Assembly (NCBI GenBank): GCA_964455565.1
Contig: CAYVWT010000001.1
Span: 1 to 63,492 of the forward strand
Direction: 5' to 3'
Source: an uncultured Clostridiaceae bacterium
GTDB taxonomy: Bacteria; Bacillota; Clostridia; Monoglobales; Firm-18
DNA length: 63,492 nucleotides
Each line of letters starts with the position of its first letter. Positions within the stretch are counted from its first letter, which is position 1. The translations under genes were made by a program, and so were the position numbers. The notes below the pieces were generated by a model. It did no database searches. It saw only the letters and a list, made by a program, of their open reading frames with translations, and was not told the DNA's origin. Positions 18,558-26,123 of this stretch are shown piece after piece.

Positions 18558-18935
18558 TTACTTAACTTCAACTGTTGCGCCAACTTCTTCAAGCTTAGCT
18601 TTAGTTTCATCAGCAACTGCTTTGTCTACGCCTTCTTTAACTGGCTTTGGTGCGCCATCAACAAGGTCTTTCGCTTCTTTAAGACCAAGGCCTGTAAGCT
18701 CACGAACAACTTTGATAACTTTGATTTTCTCAGCGCCTGCGCTTGCAAGAATAACTGTGAATTCTGTTTGCTCTTCAACAGCAGAAGCACCAGCAGCAGC
18801 TGGAGCAGCAGCAGCCATAGGAGCCGCAGCAGAAACACCAAATTCTTCTTCAAGTGCTTTTACAAGTTCTGATAATTCTAATACTGTTAAAACCTTTACA
18901 TCTTCAATTAATTTTAATACTTTTTCGCTAGCCAT
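18558..18935 (-). CDS. rplL: 50S ribosomal protein L7/L12
   Basis: Ala-rich hinge and conserved C-terminal domain ([22 protein letters not shown]). Confidence 0.98.
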   Translation of the reverse strand: MASEKVLKLIEDVKVLTVLELSELVKALEEEFGVSAAAPMAAAAPAAAGASAVEEQTEFTVILASAGAEKIKVIKVVRELTGLGLKEAKDLVDGAPKPVKEGVDKAVADETKAKLEEVGATVEVK

Positions 18936-18974
18936 TATTAATATCCTCCTAAATTTTATTTGTTTTTAATTCTA

Positions 18975-18994
18975 ATACTAATTTCATTTAAAAC
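18975..18994. repeat. solo copy of the 20/21-nt terminal motif ATACTAATTTCATTT(T)AAAAC
   Basis: Matches the left terminal repeat of the 33899-34061 element apart from one missing T. Similarity continues weakly for about 30 nt. Confidence 0.7.
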
Positions 18995-19032
18995 ACTAAA
19001 TGGATTGCTTGGAAAAATTCACAGCAATATAA

Positions 19033-19560
19033 TTACGCTTTTTGTTCTGCAATTGCGTTAAGCGCAACAACAAGACCACGGATATTGCCGTTTAATACAT
19101 TTACAAAGCCTGTTAGTGGAGCATTGAAACCACGAAGTACACTTGAAATAAGCTCTTCCTTTGATGGAAGCTCTGCAAGTTGTTTAACTTCATTAGCTGA
19201 AATAACCTTACCTTCAACAAAGCCTGCTTTAATCTCGATTTTGTCATTCTTTTTTGCAAATTCTGCAATGATTTTTGCAGGAGCAACTAAGTCTGTCGCG
19301 TGAATTGCAAGCGATGTAGGACCATGTAGGATATCATCAAGCTCATCTAAACCAACTTCCTTTGAAGCAAAACGAGTTAGAGTATTTTTAACAACTGTAT
19401 ACTCAACGCCTGCCTTACGGAATTCGTTTCTAAGCTGTGTATCTTGCTCTACTGTTAAGCCACGATAGTCAACAAGAACACCTGCTGCTGCCGATTTAAG
19501 CTTTTCGATAAGTTCTGAAACTACCTGTTTCTTTTCTTGTAAAACCTTTTCACTTGGCAT
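19033..19560 (-). CDS. rplJ: 50S ribosomal protein L10
   Basis: 175 aa L10 sequence upstream of rplL. Confidence 0.97.
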   Translation of the reverse strand: MPSEKVLQEKKQVVSELIEKLKSAAAGVLVDYRGLTVEQDTQLRNEFRKAGVEYTVVKNTLTRFASKEVGLDELDDILHGPTSLAIHATDLVAPAKIIAEFAKKNDKIEIKAGFVEGKVISANEVKQLAELPSKEELISSVLRGFNAPLTGFVNVLNGNIRGLVVALNAIAEQKA

Positions 19561-19697
19561 ATATTCACCTCCTAATTAATATTAAAAAGGGTTCCTCGCA
19601 CATAGACGCACGAAGAACCCGTATAATCATAAATTGATTTTACTTGTTATCCTCGGTAGGGCTTACCTTTTTGCCTACGTCTATGGAATCGAGTTGT
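19561..19697 (-). promoter_or_regulatory. ribosomal protein L10 leader with intrinsic attenuator hairpin
   Basis: About 130-nt 5' UTR. Minus strand: GGGTTCTTCGTGCG-TCTAT-GTGCGAGGAACCC + TTTTT (19620-19584), just before SD AGGAGG. Position and architecture fit the Firmicute L10 leader. Confidence 0.7.
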
Positions 19698-19726
19698 ATA
19701 ATATCATAAGTTTCCTTATTTGTCAA
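19698..19726 (-). promoter_or_regulatory. sigma-A promoter of rplJL
   Basis: Minus strand: TTGACA (19726-19721), 17-nt spacer, TATTAT (19703-19698). Confidence 0.6.
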
Positions 19727-19734
19727 CCCTAAAT

Positions 19735-20430
19735 TTATTCAGCAATTTTTGATGGGTTAATTTTTATTCCAGGACCCATTGTAGCAGAAACTGTAACGCT
19801 CTTTAAGTATTGACCTTTTGCAGCGCTTGGTTTTGCTTTAATTACTGCTGATAAAAGTGTGTTGAAATTGTCTGATAATTTTTCAGGACCAAATGAAGCC
19901 TTACCGATTGGGCAATGGATTATATTTGTTTTATCAAGACGATACTCAATTTTACCTGCTTTAATATCGTTTATAGCTTTTGCAACGTCCATAGTAACTG
20001 TTCCAGCCTTTGGATTTGGCATTAATCCCTTAGGACCTAAAACCTTACCAAGACGACCAACAACACCCATCATATCAGGGGTTGCAACTATTACGTCATA
20101 TTCAAACCAGTTTTCGTTTTGGATTTTCGGAATAAGATCCTCAGCTCCAACGAAATCTGCGCCTGCTGCCTCTGCCTCTGCTGCTTTTTCGCCTTTTGCG
20201 AATACAAGCACACGAGCTGTCTTACCTGTTCCGTGTGGCAATACAACTGCTCCACGAACCTGTTGGTCTGCGTGACGTGAGTCAACGCCCAAACGTATAT
20301 GCGCCTCAACCGTTTCATCGAACTTTGCTTTTGCAGTTTGTCCTATTAGGTCAACTGCTTCAGCAGGATCGTAAAGGCGGGCTTTATCAATAAGCTTTAC
20401 GCTATCTTGATACTTTTTACCTCTTTTCAT
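19735..20430 (-). CDS. rplA: 50S ribosomal protein L1
   Basis: 231 aa L1 sequence. Confidence 0.98.
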   Translation of the reverse strand: MKRGKKYQDSVKLIDKARLYDPAEAVDLIGQTAKAKFDETVEAHIRLGVDSRHADQQVRGAVVLPHGTGKTARVLVFAKGEKAAEAEAAGADFVGAEDLIPKIQNENWFEYDVIVATPDMMGVVGRLGKVLGPKGLMPNPKAGTVTMDVAKAINDIKAGKIEYRLDKTNIIHCPIGKASFGPEKLSDNFNTLLSAVIKAKPSAAKGQYLKSVTVSATMGPGIKINPSKIAE

Positions 20431-20444
20431 CGCTTTACCTCCTC

Positions 20445-20474
20445 GTGGTCAAACGGGAATAACTCCCCTCCCAC
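20445..20474 (-). promoter_or_regulatory. L1-binding-site-like motif directly 5' of the rplA SD
   Basis: Minus strand: GTGGGAGGGGAGTTATTCCCGTTTGACCAC, abutting GAGGAGG. Near-copy of 20970-21001. Confidence 0.45.
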
Positions 20475-20516
20475 ATAATTCACCGCAAAATTACGGTGTG
20501 CCTTTTGAAAAATCAA

Positions 20517-20942
20517 TTATTCCTCGACAGTAACACCCATACTTCTTGCAGTACCTGCAATCATAGACATAGCTGCTTCAACAGAAGCTGCGTTAAGGTC
20601 GGGCATTTTTTGCTCTGCGATTGCGCGCAAATCTGCTTGTGAAAGCTTAGCTACCTTTGTTCTGTTTGGAACGCCTGAACCACTTTCGATTTTACAAGCT
20701 TTTTTGATAAGAACAGCTGCTGGTGGAGTCTTAGTAATAAAAGAGAAAGACCTGTCACCGTATACTGTAATAACAATTGGAATTATAAGCCCAGCATCTT
20801 TTGATGTTCTTTCATTAAATTGCTTACAAAATTCCATAATGTTAACACCATGCTGACCAAGAGCAGGACCAACTGGTGGCGCAGGAGTAGCTTTACCTGC
20901 TGCTATTTGTAATTTGATATAACCCGTTACTTTTTGAGCCAT
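20517..20942 (-). CDS. rplK: 50S ribosomal protein L11
   Basis: 141 aa L11 sequence ([19 protein letters not shown]). Confidence 0.98.
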   Translation of the reverse strand: MAQKVTGYIKLQIAAGKATPAPPVGPALGQHGVNIMEFCKQFNERTSKDAGLIIPIVITVYGDRSFSFITKTPPAAVLIKKACKIESGSGVPNRTKVAKLSQADLRAIAEQKMPDLNAASVEAAMSMIAGTARSMGVTVEE

Positions 20943-20969
20943 AGTTTACACCTCCTAACCTACACAAAT

Positions 20970-21001
20970 GTGGTACAAACGGGAATGTGCTTCCCTCCCA
21001 C
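20970..21001 (-). promoter_or_regulatory. L1-binding-site-like leader motif 5' of rplK
   Basis: Minus strand: GTGGGAGGGAAGCACATTCCCGTTTGTACCAC, about 20 nt before the rplK SD. Confidence 0.5.
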
Positions 21002-21038
21002 TATAAAAACGCCTACGCGAAATTATACTACTTTAATG

Positions 21039-21560
21039 TTATACAACAAGCTCAACTTGATTAAATTCAAGCTCAACCGGTGTTTCACGACCAAACATAG
21101 AAACAATAACCTTGATTTTCTTTTTCTCAATGCTGATTTCTTCAACAATACCAACAAAGTTTTCAAGAGGACCATGCTTAATTTTAACGCTATCACCTAC
21201 TGCATAATTAAGCGTAACAACTTGGCGCTCGATGCCCATTGTTTCTATTTCTTCCTCCGTCAGTGGAATTGGCTTGGAGGCAGGGCCAACAAAGCCTGTA
21301 ACACCACGAGTATTGCGCACAATATACCAAGCCTCGTCAGACATAGCCATTTTAATCATAACGTAGCCAGGGAACTTTTTGCGCATTACTACACGCTTTT
21401 TATCGTCTTTTATTTCAACTACCTCTTCAAGTGGAATTTGAATGTCAACTATAGCATCTACTAATCCACGGTTTTCGATAGTTTTCTCTATGTTAGCTTT
21501 AACTTTATTCTCATAACCTGAGTAGGTATGCACTACATACCACTTTTCCTTACTGCCCAT
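21039..21560 (-). CDS. nusG: transcription termination/antitermination factor NusG
   Basis: KWYVVHTYSGYENKV NGN domain and C-terminal KOW. Start MGSKEKW at 21560; the track ORF is over-extended. Confidence 0.96.
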   Translation of the reverse strand: MGSKEKWYVVHTYSGYENKVKANIEKTIENRGLVDAIVDIQIPLEEVVEIKDDKKRVVMRKKFPGYVMIKMAMSDEAWYIVRNTRGVTGFVGPASKPIPLTEEEIETMGIERQVVTLNYAVGDSVKIKHGPLENFVGIVEEISIEKKKIKVIVSMFGRETPVELEFNQVELVV

Positions 21561-21825
21561 TTTGTTGAGTAGCAGGTGCTTGTTCCTGCGTAGTGGTTGC
21601 ATTTTGTGTGCTTGCCTCGTTAAATTTAGATAAACCAGTTTGGAAACCAAGGTCTAACGCCCAAATAAATAATCCAATAAGCACAATTGAAATAAGAACA
21701 ATAATTGTGTTTTTTTGAAGCTGTTTATAAGTAGGCCATACTACCTTTTTCATTTCGCCACGAACATCTTTAAAATAATTTGCAATACCCGCAAAAGGGT
21801 TTTTTCTTGCTTTTTTCTCGGTCAT
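21550..21825 (-). CDS. secE: preprotein translocase subunit SecE
   Basis: Single TM, KVVWP motif, position between rpmG and nusG. ATG 21825 preferred over TTG 21837. Confidence 0.9.
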   Translation of the reverse strand: MTEKKARKNPFAGIANYFKDVRGEMKKVVWPTYKQLQKNTIIVLISIVLIGLFIWALDLGFQTGLSKFNEASTQNATTTQEQAPATQQNGQ

Positions 21826-21862
21826 AAAATTCAACACTCCTTAAACTATTATAATCACTAAA

Positions 21863-22012
21863 TTACTTTGTTTCCTTGTGCGGAGTGTGCTTCTTGCAAA
21901 ACCTGCAATATTTGTTCATCTCTAAACGGTCTGGGTCATTCTTTTTGTTTTTCATTGTGTCATAATTTCTTTGTTTGCATTCTCCGCAAGCCAATGTAAT
22001 TTTAACTCTCAT
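21863..22012 (-). CDS. rpmG: 50S ribosomal protein L33
   Basis: 49 aa, [17 protein letters not shown]...[21 protein letters not shown] upstream. The track ORF is over-extended. Confidence 0.95.
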   Translation of the reverse strand: MRVKITLACGECKQRNYDTMKNKKNDPDRLEMNKYCRFCKKHTPHKETK

Positions 22013-22082
22013 ATTCGAAACCTCCAAATTTAATACGCTATTCTTCCCCGCAAAAAAAAAACGCCTACGCGGAGTGAATAAC

Positions 22083-22111
22083 AATATATCATATTTTATA
22101 ATATATGTCAA
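22083..22111 (-). promoter_or_regulatory. sigma-A promoter of rpmG-secE-nusG
   Basis: Minus strand: TTGACA (22111-22106), 17-nt spacer, TATATT (22088-22083). Confidence 0.55.
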
Positions 22112-22146
22112 TGTTTTTTTGAATTTTATTCTAATTCTAACGAGAA

Positions 22147-22800
22147 TTATACAGTGCCCACCTTTTTGCCACTCCTTGGGTATTTCTTTGGAGTATTGGA
22201 AACTTTTTTAATTACTACTATACTATGTGTTATATCTGTTCCATCTATTGTGTGCAATTGCACCTCGGCAACCTCGCCACCAAGGAGCTTAATAAGAGGC
22301 TTAGCATTATCTAATTCCTCGTCTATTTCCTTGCCCTTCATTGCAAGCATAACGCCACCAACCTTCACAAGTGGAAGGCAGTATTCAGATAATGTAGATA
22401 AATTTGCAACAGCACGGCTAACTGCCACATCAAACTTTTCACGATATTTTACATCATTGCCTGCATCCTCAACACGAATATGCACACAATTTGCATTCAA
22501 AGATAATTCGCTTGAAACTTCCTTTAAAAAGTTAATGCGCTTATTTAGCGAATCCATAAGCGTAAGCTTTATATCGTTACGCTCAATTTTGATAGGAATG
22601 CCAGGAAAGCCTGCACCTGTACCAACGTCAACAAGTCTTGCACCATCTTTTATAAAGCCACTTTGTATACAGGTTAGGCTGTCTAAAAAATGCTTTGTCA
22701 TAATTTCACTTGGTTCTGTAATTGCAGTTAAATTAATCTTTTCGTTCCATTCTAATAAAAGCTTCATATATATATTGAATTTTTCTTTTTCATTAAACAT
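22147..22800 (-). CDS. rsmG: 16S rRNA (guanine527-N7)-methyltransferase RsmG
   Basis: GidB family ([25 protein letters not shown]). Start MFNEKEK at 22800. Confidence 0.93.
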   Translation of the reverse strand: MFNEKEKFNIYMKLLLEWNEKINLTAITEPSEIMTKHFLDSLTCIQSGFIKDGARLVDVGTGAGFPGIPIKIERNDIKLTLMDSLNKRINFLKEVSSELSLNANCVHIRVEDAGNDVKYREKFDVAVSRAVANLSTLSEYCLPLVKVGGVMLAMKGKEIDEELDNAKPLIKLLGGEVAEVQLHTIDGTDITHSIVVIKKVSNTPKKYPRSGKKVGTV

Positions 22801-22805
22801 AACAA

Positions 22806-22838
22806 AACACCTCTGTGTCATTATAACACAGAGGTGTT
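22806..22838 (-). terminator. hairpin after the spoIIQ-like gene that contains the rsmG SD
   Basis: Minus strand: AACACCTCTGTG-TTATAATGA-CACAGAGGTGTT then TTGTT-ATG. The 3' arm carries GAGGTG, 7 nt before the rsmG ATG. Confidence 0.6.
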
Positions 22839-22844
22839 CGATTT

Positions 22845-23549
22845 TCAATCCATAAAATCAAATGGATTTACATATTCACCATCTTTTTTAACTGCAAAGT
22901 GTAAGTGTGGTGGCTCGGCTATTTCACTGCTTGCTGTTGCGCCTACTCCACCTACCACTTCGCCTCTTTTTACTTCCTGCCCTGCTTTTACTAAATCATT
23001 GCTTTGCAGGTTCGAGTATTGTGTTTCAATGCCGTTACTATTTTTAATCGTTATGCTTGCGCCCATCATTTCATCCTTGATGGACTCTGTTACAACACCA
23101 TCTGATGCTGATTTTACCTGCATACCAACATCTCCACGAATGTCAATCCCTGTGTGAATTCGCCAGTCCTGCATTGTTTTGCTATACACGAGGGCATCTG
23201 CTGAAAAGCCCTTTGTCATTTCACCTTGCAGGGGAAGCATAAGCTTTTGCGGTGCTTCGGCAGGCTTTGTGGTATTTGTAGCAACCTTTTTAACAGTTTC
23301 CTTTTTCGGAACTGGTTGTGGCTCTGGAACCACCTGCGCTATTGCAGGAACACTTGGTGGCTCTGCAAATAATGGTAATCTAGCACTTGCTTCATACGTT
23401 TTTTCTTGGTCTTCATACCCACTGGTGTAGTTTTTAACATATCCTGTAGCGCCGACTATTGCAAGCCCAAGCGCAAGGAGTATGTAAAAACCCCTGTTCC
23501 CAAGTAGCTTTGCTACTGCTTCATTCTTTGTCATTTTAGTTTTTTCCAT
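22845..23549 (-). CDS. spoIIQ: membrane-anchored LytM/M23 peptidase-domain protein, SpoIIQ-like
   Basis: N-terminal TM plus a C-terminal M23 domain with HTGIDI and HLHF motifs. Immediately downstream of spoIID, as in Clostridia. Confidence 0.65.
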   Translation of the reverse strand: MEKTKMTKNEAVAKLLGNRGFYILLALGLAIVGATGYVKNYTSGYEDQEKTYEASARLPLFAEPPSVPAIAQVVPEPQPVPKKETVKKVATNTTKPAEAPQKLMLPLQGEMTKGFSADALVYSKTMQDWRIHTGIDIRGDVGMQVKSASDGVVTESIKDEMMGASITIKNSNGIETQYSNLQSNDLVKAGQEVKRGEVVGGVGATASSEIAEPPHLHFAVKKDGEYVNPFDFMD

Positions 23550-23598
23550 ATTAACACCTCCAAGGATATTGTTTCCATTTTAAAGGTGTTTATACATA

Positions 23599-24588
23599 CT
23601 AAATCTTTTTAAGCTCTGCGCCCTTGTAATAGGCTTTTAAAATTTCTGGATATTTTGCGCCATTAGTTGCCATAGCATTTGCCCCGTATTGGCTCATTCC
23701 AACCCCATGCCCAGAGCCTTCGGTGGTAAATACAACATTATCACCATCAAGCTTAACCTCAAAATGTGCTGATTTTAGCTTAAACATTTCACGCATCTGC
23801 ACGCCCTTTATTTGCACGCCACCAATTTCTACCAAGCCAACCGAATATCCGTCTGTATTTATAATTTTCCCAATCCACTTCTTTTTATTCTTATCAAACT
23901 TTGCATCGCTAAATTTCCCCTGAATTATCTTTACAAACTCTGCTTGACTAACAACAACCATAGAAATATAGCCATCTTTTTTGTCTTCCCCGCTACTTTT
24001 AACGCTTACAAGGTATGGCAGGTCACTCCCCCAAACATCCTTGCTTGCCTCGGTAAAGCCCCCTGCACTTGCCGAATGAAATACAGCTAAAATTGGCTGA
24101 TCATCATACACCATAACCTCGCCACGAGTATCGTCTACTGCCGAGCATATTTTATTCCAATATAAATCCATCCAGCCCTGCCCATGCTTTTCAAGTAACT
24201 GTTCCTTTGTATAATATGCATTACAATGCACAGGATTAGTACACACAATTGCATCTTTATGCTCTGCTGGTGCTATGTTTGGGTCGTTAGTAAACTTTAA
24301 ATATTTATAATACGCATAGGTTCTTGCGGCAACTGCCTGTGCTTTTAGTGCTTCTGTGTTAAATAATGCAGGAACCTCGGCAGGAAGAACCCCCTTTAAA
24401 TATTCTTCAAAATCAACCTCTTTTGTCATGCCCTCATCTACAAAAAACACCTTTATCTGCTTTGGAATAACGCCATTTGCCTCATTAGGGCTTGTCTTGT
24501 GATTGAGCTTGCCAATAGAAGTTAGCATAACTGGCAGTGTAAATATTATAATTATAGCCCCAATATATATAAGTAATAATCGCCTCAT
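23599..24588 (-). CDS. spoIID: stage II sporulation protein D (SpoIID/LytB lytic transglycosylase)
   Basis: 329 aa, N-terminal TM, SpoIID domain (ALKAQAVAARTYA...GHGVGMSQYGA). Confidence 0.92.
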   Translation of the reverse strand: MRRLLLIYIGAIIIIFTLPVMLTSIGKLNHKTSPNEANGVIPKQIKVFFVDEGMTKEVDFEEYLKGVLPAEVPALFNTEALKAQAVAARTYAYYKYLKFTNDPNIAPAEHKDAIVCTNPVHCNAYYTKEQLLEKHGQGWMDLYWNKICSAVDDTRGEVMVYDDQPILAVFHSASAGGFTEASKDVWGSDLPYLVSVKSSGEDKKDGYISMVVVSQAEFVKIIQGKFSDAKFDKNKKKWIGKIINTDGYSVGLVEIGGVQIKGVQMREMFKLKSAHFEVKLDGDNVVFTTEGSGHGVGMSQYGANAMATNGAKYPEILKAYYKGAELKKI

Positions 24589-24645
24589 TTGTATACCCCC
24601 CTAATTAAGTGTATTAATTATTAGATAATTTTAGAACTATCGCTA

Positions 24646-24674
24646 TTGACACTAATTTAATTCTAATGTAATAT
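24646..24674 (+). promoter_or_regulatory. sigma-A promoter of citrate synthase gene
   Basis: TTGACA (24646-24651), 17-nt spacer, TAATAT (24669-24674). Confidence 0.5.
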
Positions 24675-24709
24675 ATTATCAGAATTATAATTAAGTGAGG
24701 TGTAATATT

Positions 24710-26059
24710 ATGAAAGAATCTAATGGTCTATTAGAGGAATTACTAAAATTAGCAGAGTCTAACAATGCTATAAGCCCAGAATTTTATGAAACTTATAATG
24801 TTAAACGTGGTCTTAGAAACATTGATGGCACAGGTGTTTTGGTTGGTTTAACCGTTATCGGAGAAGTACACGGATACATAGTTGACGAAAACGAAAAGGT
24901 TGATGTTCATGGTCGCCTTAGCTATCGTGGAATTGACGTAAATGACTTAGTTGGTGGCTGTGAAAAGGAAAATCGTTTTGGTTTTGAAGAAGTTATTTAC
25001 CTTTTACTTTTTGGTAGCCTACCAAAAAAGGAACAGCTTGATTCTTTTACTGAGTTTCTAAAAGAATATCGCACCCTTCCTGCAAACTTTACTGAGGATC
25101 AAATACTTAAAACTCCAAGCCCAGATGTTATGAACAAGCTTGCTCGTACTGTGCTTGCGCTTTATTCACACGACCCAAAACCAGATGATATATCTCTTGC
25201 AAATATACTTCGTCAATCCTTAGCGCTTATTGCTCGTTTCCCAGCTATGACTGCTCACGCTTACCAAGCTAAGGCACATTACTATGACGGAAAAAGCTTA
25301 CACCTACATAAGAGTAACCCAAAATTATCAATGGCGGAAGACTTTTTGCATATGATGCGCCCTGATAATAAATTTACTGATGAAGAGGCGAAAATTTTAG
25401 ACCTACTGCTAATACTTCATGCAGAGCATGGTGGTGGAAATAACTCGTCATTTACAACTCACGTTGTTTCATCATCAGGAACTGATACATATTCTGCTAT
25501 TTCAGCAGCGATTGGCTCACTTAAAGGCCCTAAGCACGGTGGCGCTAATAATCGTGTTATGGCTATGATGGAGGACATCAAAACAAACGTTAAAAATTGG
25601 GCTGACGAGGAAGAGGTTAGCGCATATATTAGAAAAATACTTAGCAAGCAGGCGTATGATAAATCTGGGCTTGTTTATGGTATTGGTCATGCAGTTTACA
25701 CTCTTTCTGACCCTCGTGCAATTTTATTAAAGGAAAGAGCATTAAAGCTTGCAAAGGCTAAGGGCTTTGAGGACGAATTCAACCTTTATGCTCTTATAGA
25801 AAAAGTTACACCAGAGCTATTTTGTGAAATCAAAGGCACTACTAAAATTATTGCTGCTAATGTAGATTTTTACAGTGGTTTTGTTTATACAATGCTTGAT
25901 ATTCCTGCCGATTTATATACACCACTTTTTGCAATGAGCCGTGTTGTTGGTTGGTGCGCTCACCGTATTGAAGAGGTTACAGCAGGTGGCAGAATTATTC
26001 GACCAGCATATAAAAGTGTTGTAAAAAGAAACACCTATGTTCCAATAGACGAAAGATAA
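24710..26059 (+). CDS. citrate synthase
   Basis: Citrate synthase family (HAEHGGGNNS, GHAVY, DFYSG). ATG 24710 follows SD GTGAGGTG. Confidence 0.93.
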   Translation: MKESNGLLEELLKLAESNNAISPEFYETYNVKRGLRNIDGTGVLVGLTVIGEVHGYIVDENEKVDVHGRLSYRGIDVNDLVGGCEKENRFGFEEVIYLLLFGSLPKKEQLDSFTEFLKEYRTLPANFTEDQILKTPSPDVMNKLARTVLALYSHDPKPDDISLANILRQSLALIARFPAMTAHAYQAKAHYYDGKSLHLHKSNPKLSMAEDFLHMMRPDNKFTDEEAKILDLLLILHAEHGGGNNSSFTTHVVSSSGTDTYSAISAAIGSLKGPKHGGANNRVMAMMEDIKTNVKNWADEEEVSAYIRKILSKQAYDKSGLVYGIGHAVYTLSDPRAILLKERALKLAKAKGFEDEFNLYALIEKVTPELFCEIKGTTKIIAANVDFYSGFVYTMLDIPADLYTPLFAMSRVVGWCAHRIEEVTAGGRIIRPAYKSVVKRNTYVPIDER

Positions 26060-26078
26060 GAAAAATACTAAAATAGCA

Positions 26079-26111
26079 AAAGGTCATTCCTATAAATAGG
26101 AATGACCTTTT
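26079..26111. terminator. bidirectional intrinsic terminator
   Basis: AAAGGTCATTCCTAT-AA-ATAGGAATGACCTTT, flanked by A and T runs. Confidence 0.8.
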
Positions 26112-26123
26112 GCGCAATTCATC

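Noticed and set aside
22154-22855. 233-aa plus-strand ORF exactly mirroring rsmG (same length, fully antisense).
   Set aside because: The composition is low-complexity and Ser/Ile/Phe-rich, typical of the reverse frame of an AT-rich gene. It has no SD, and rsmG on the other strand has clear family motifs. I treat it as a shadow ORF.
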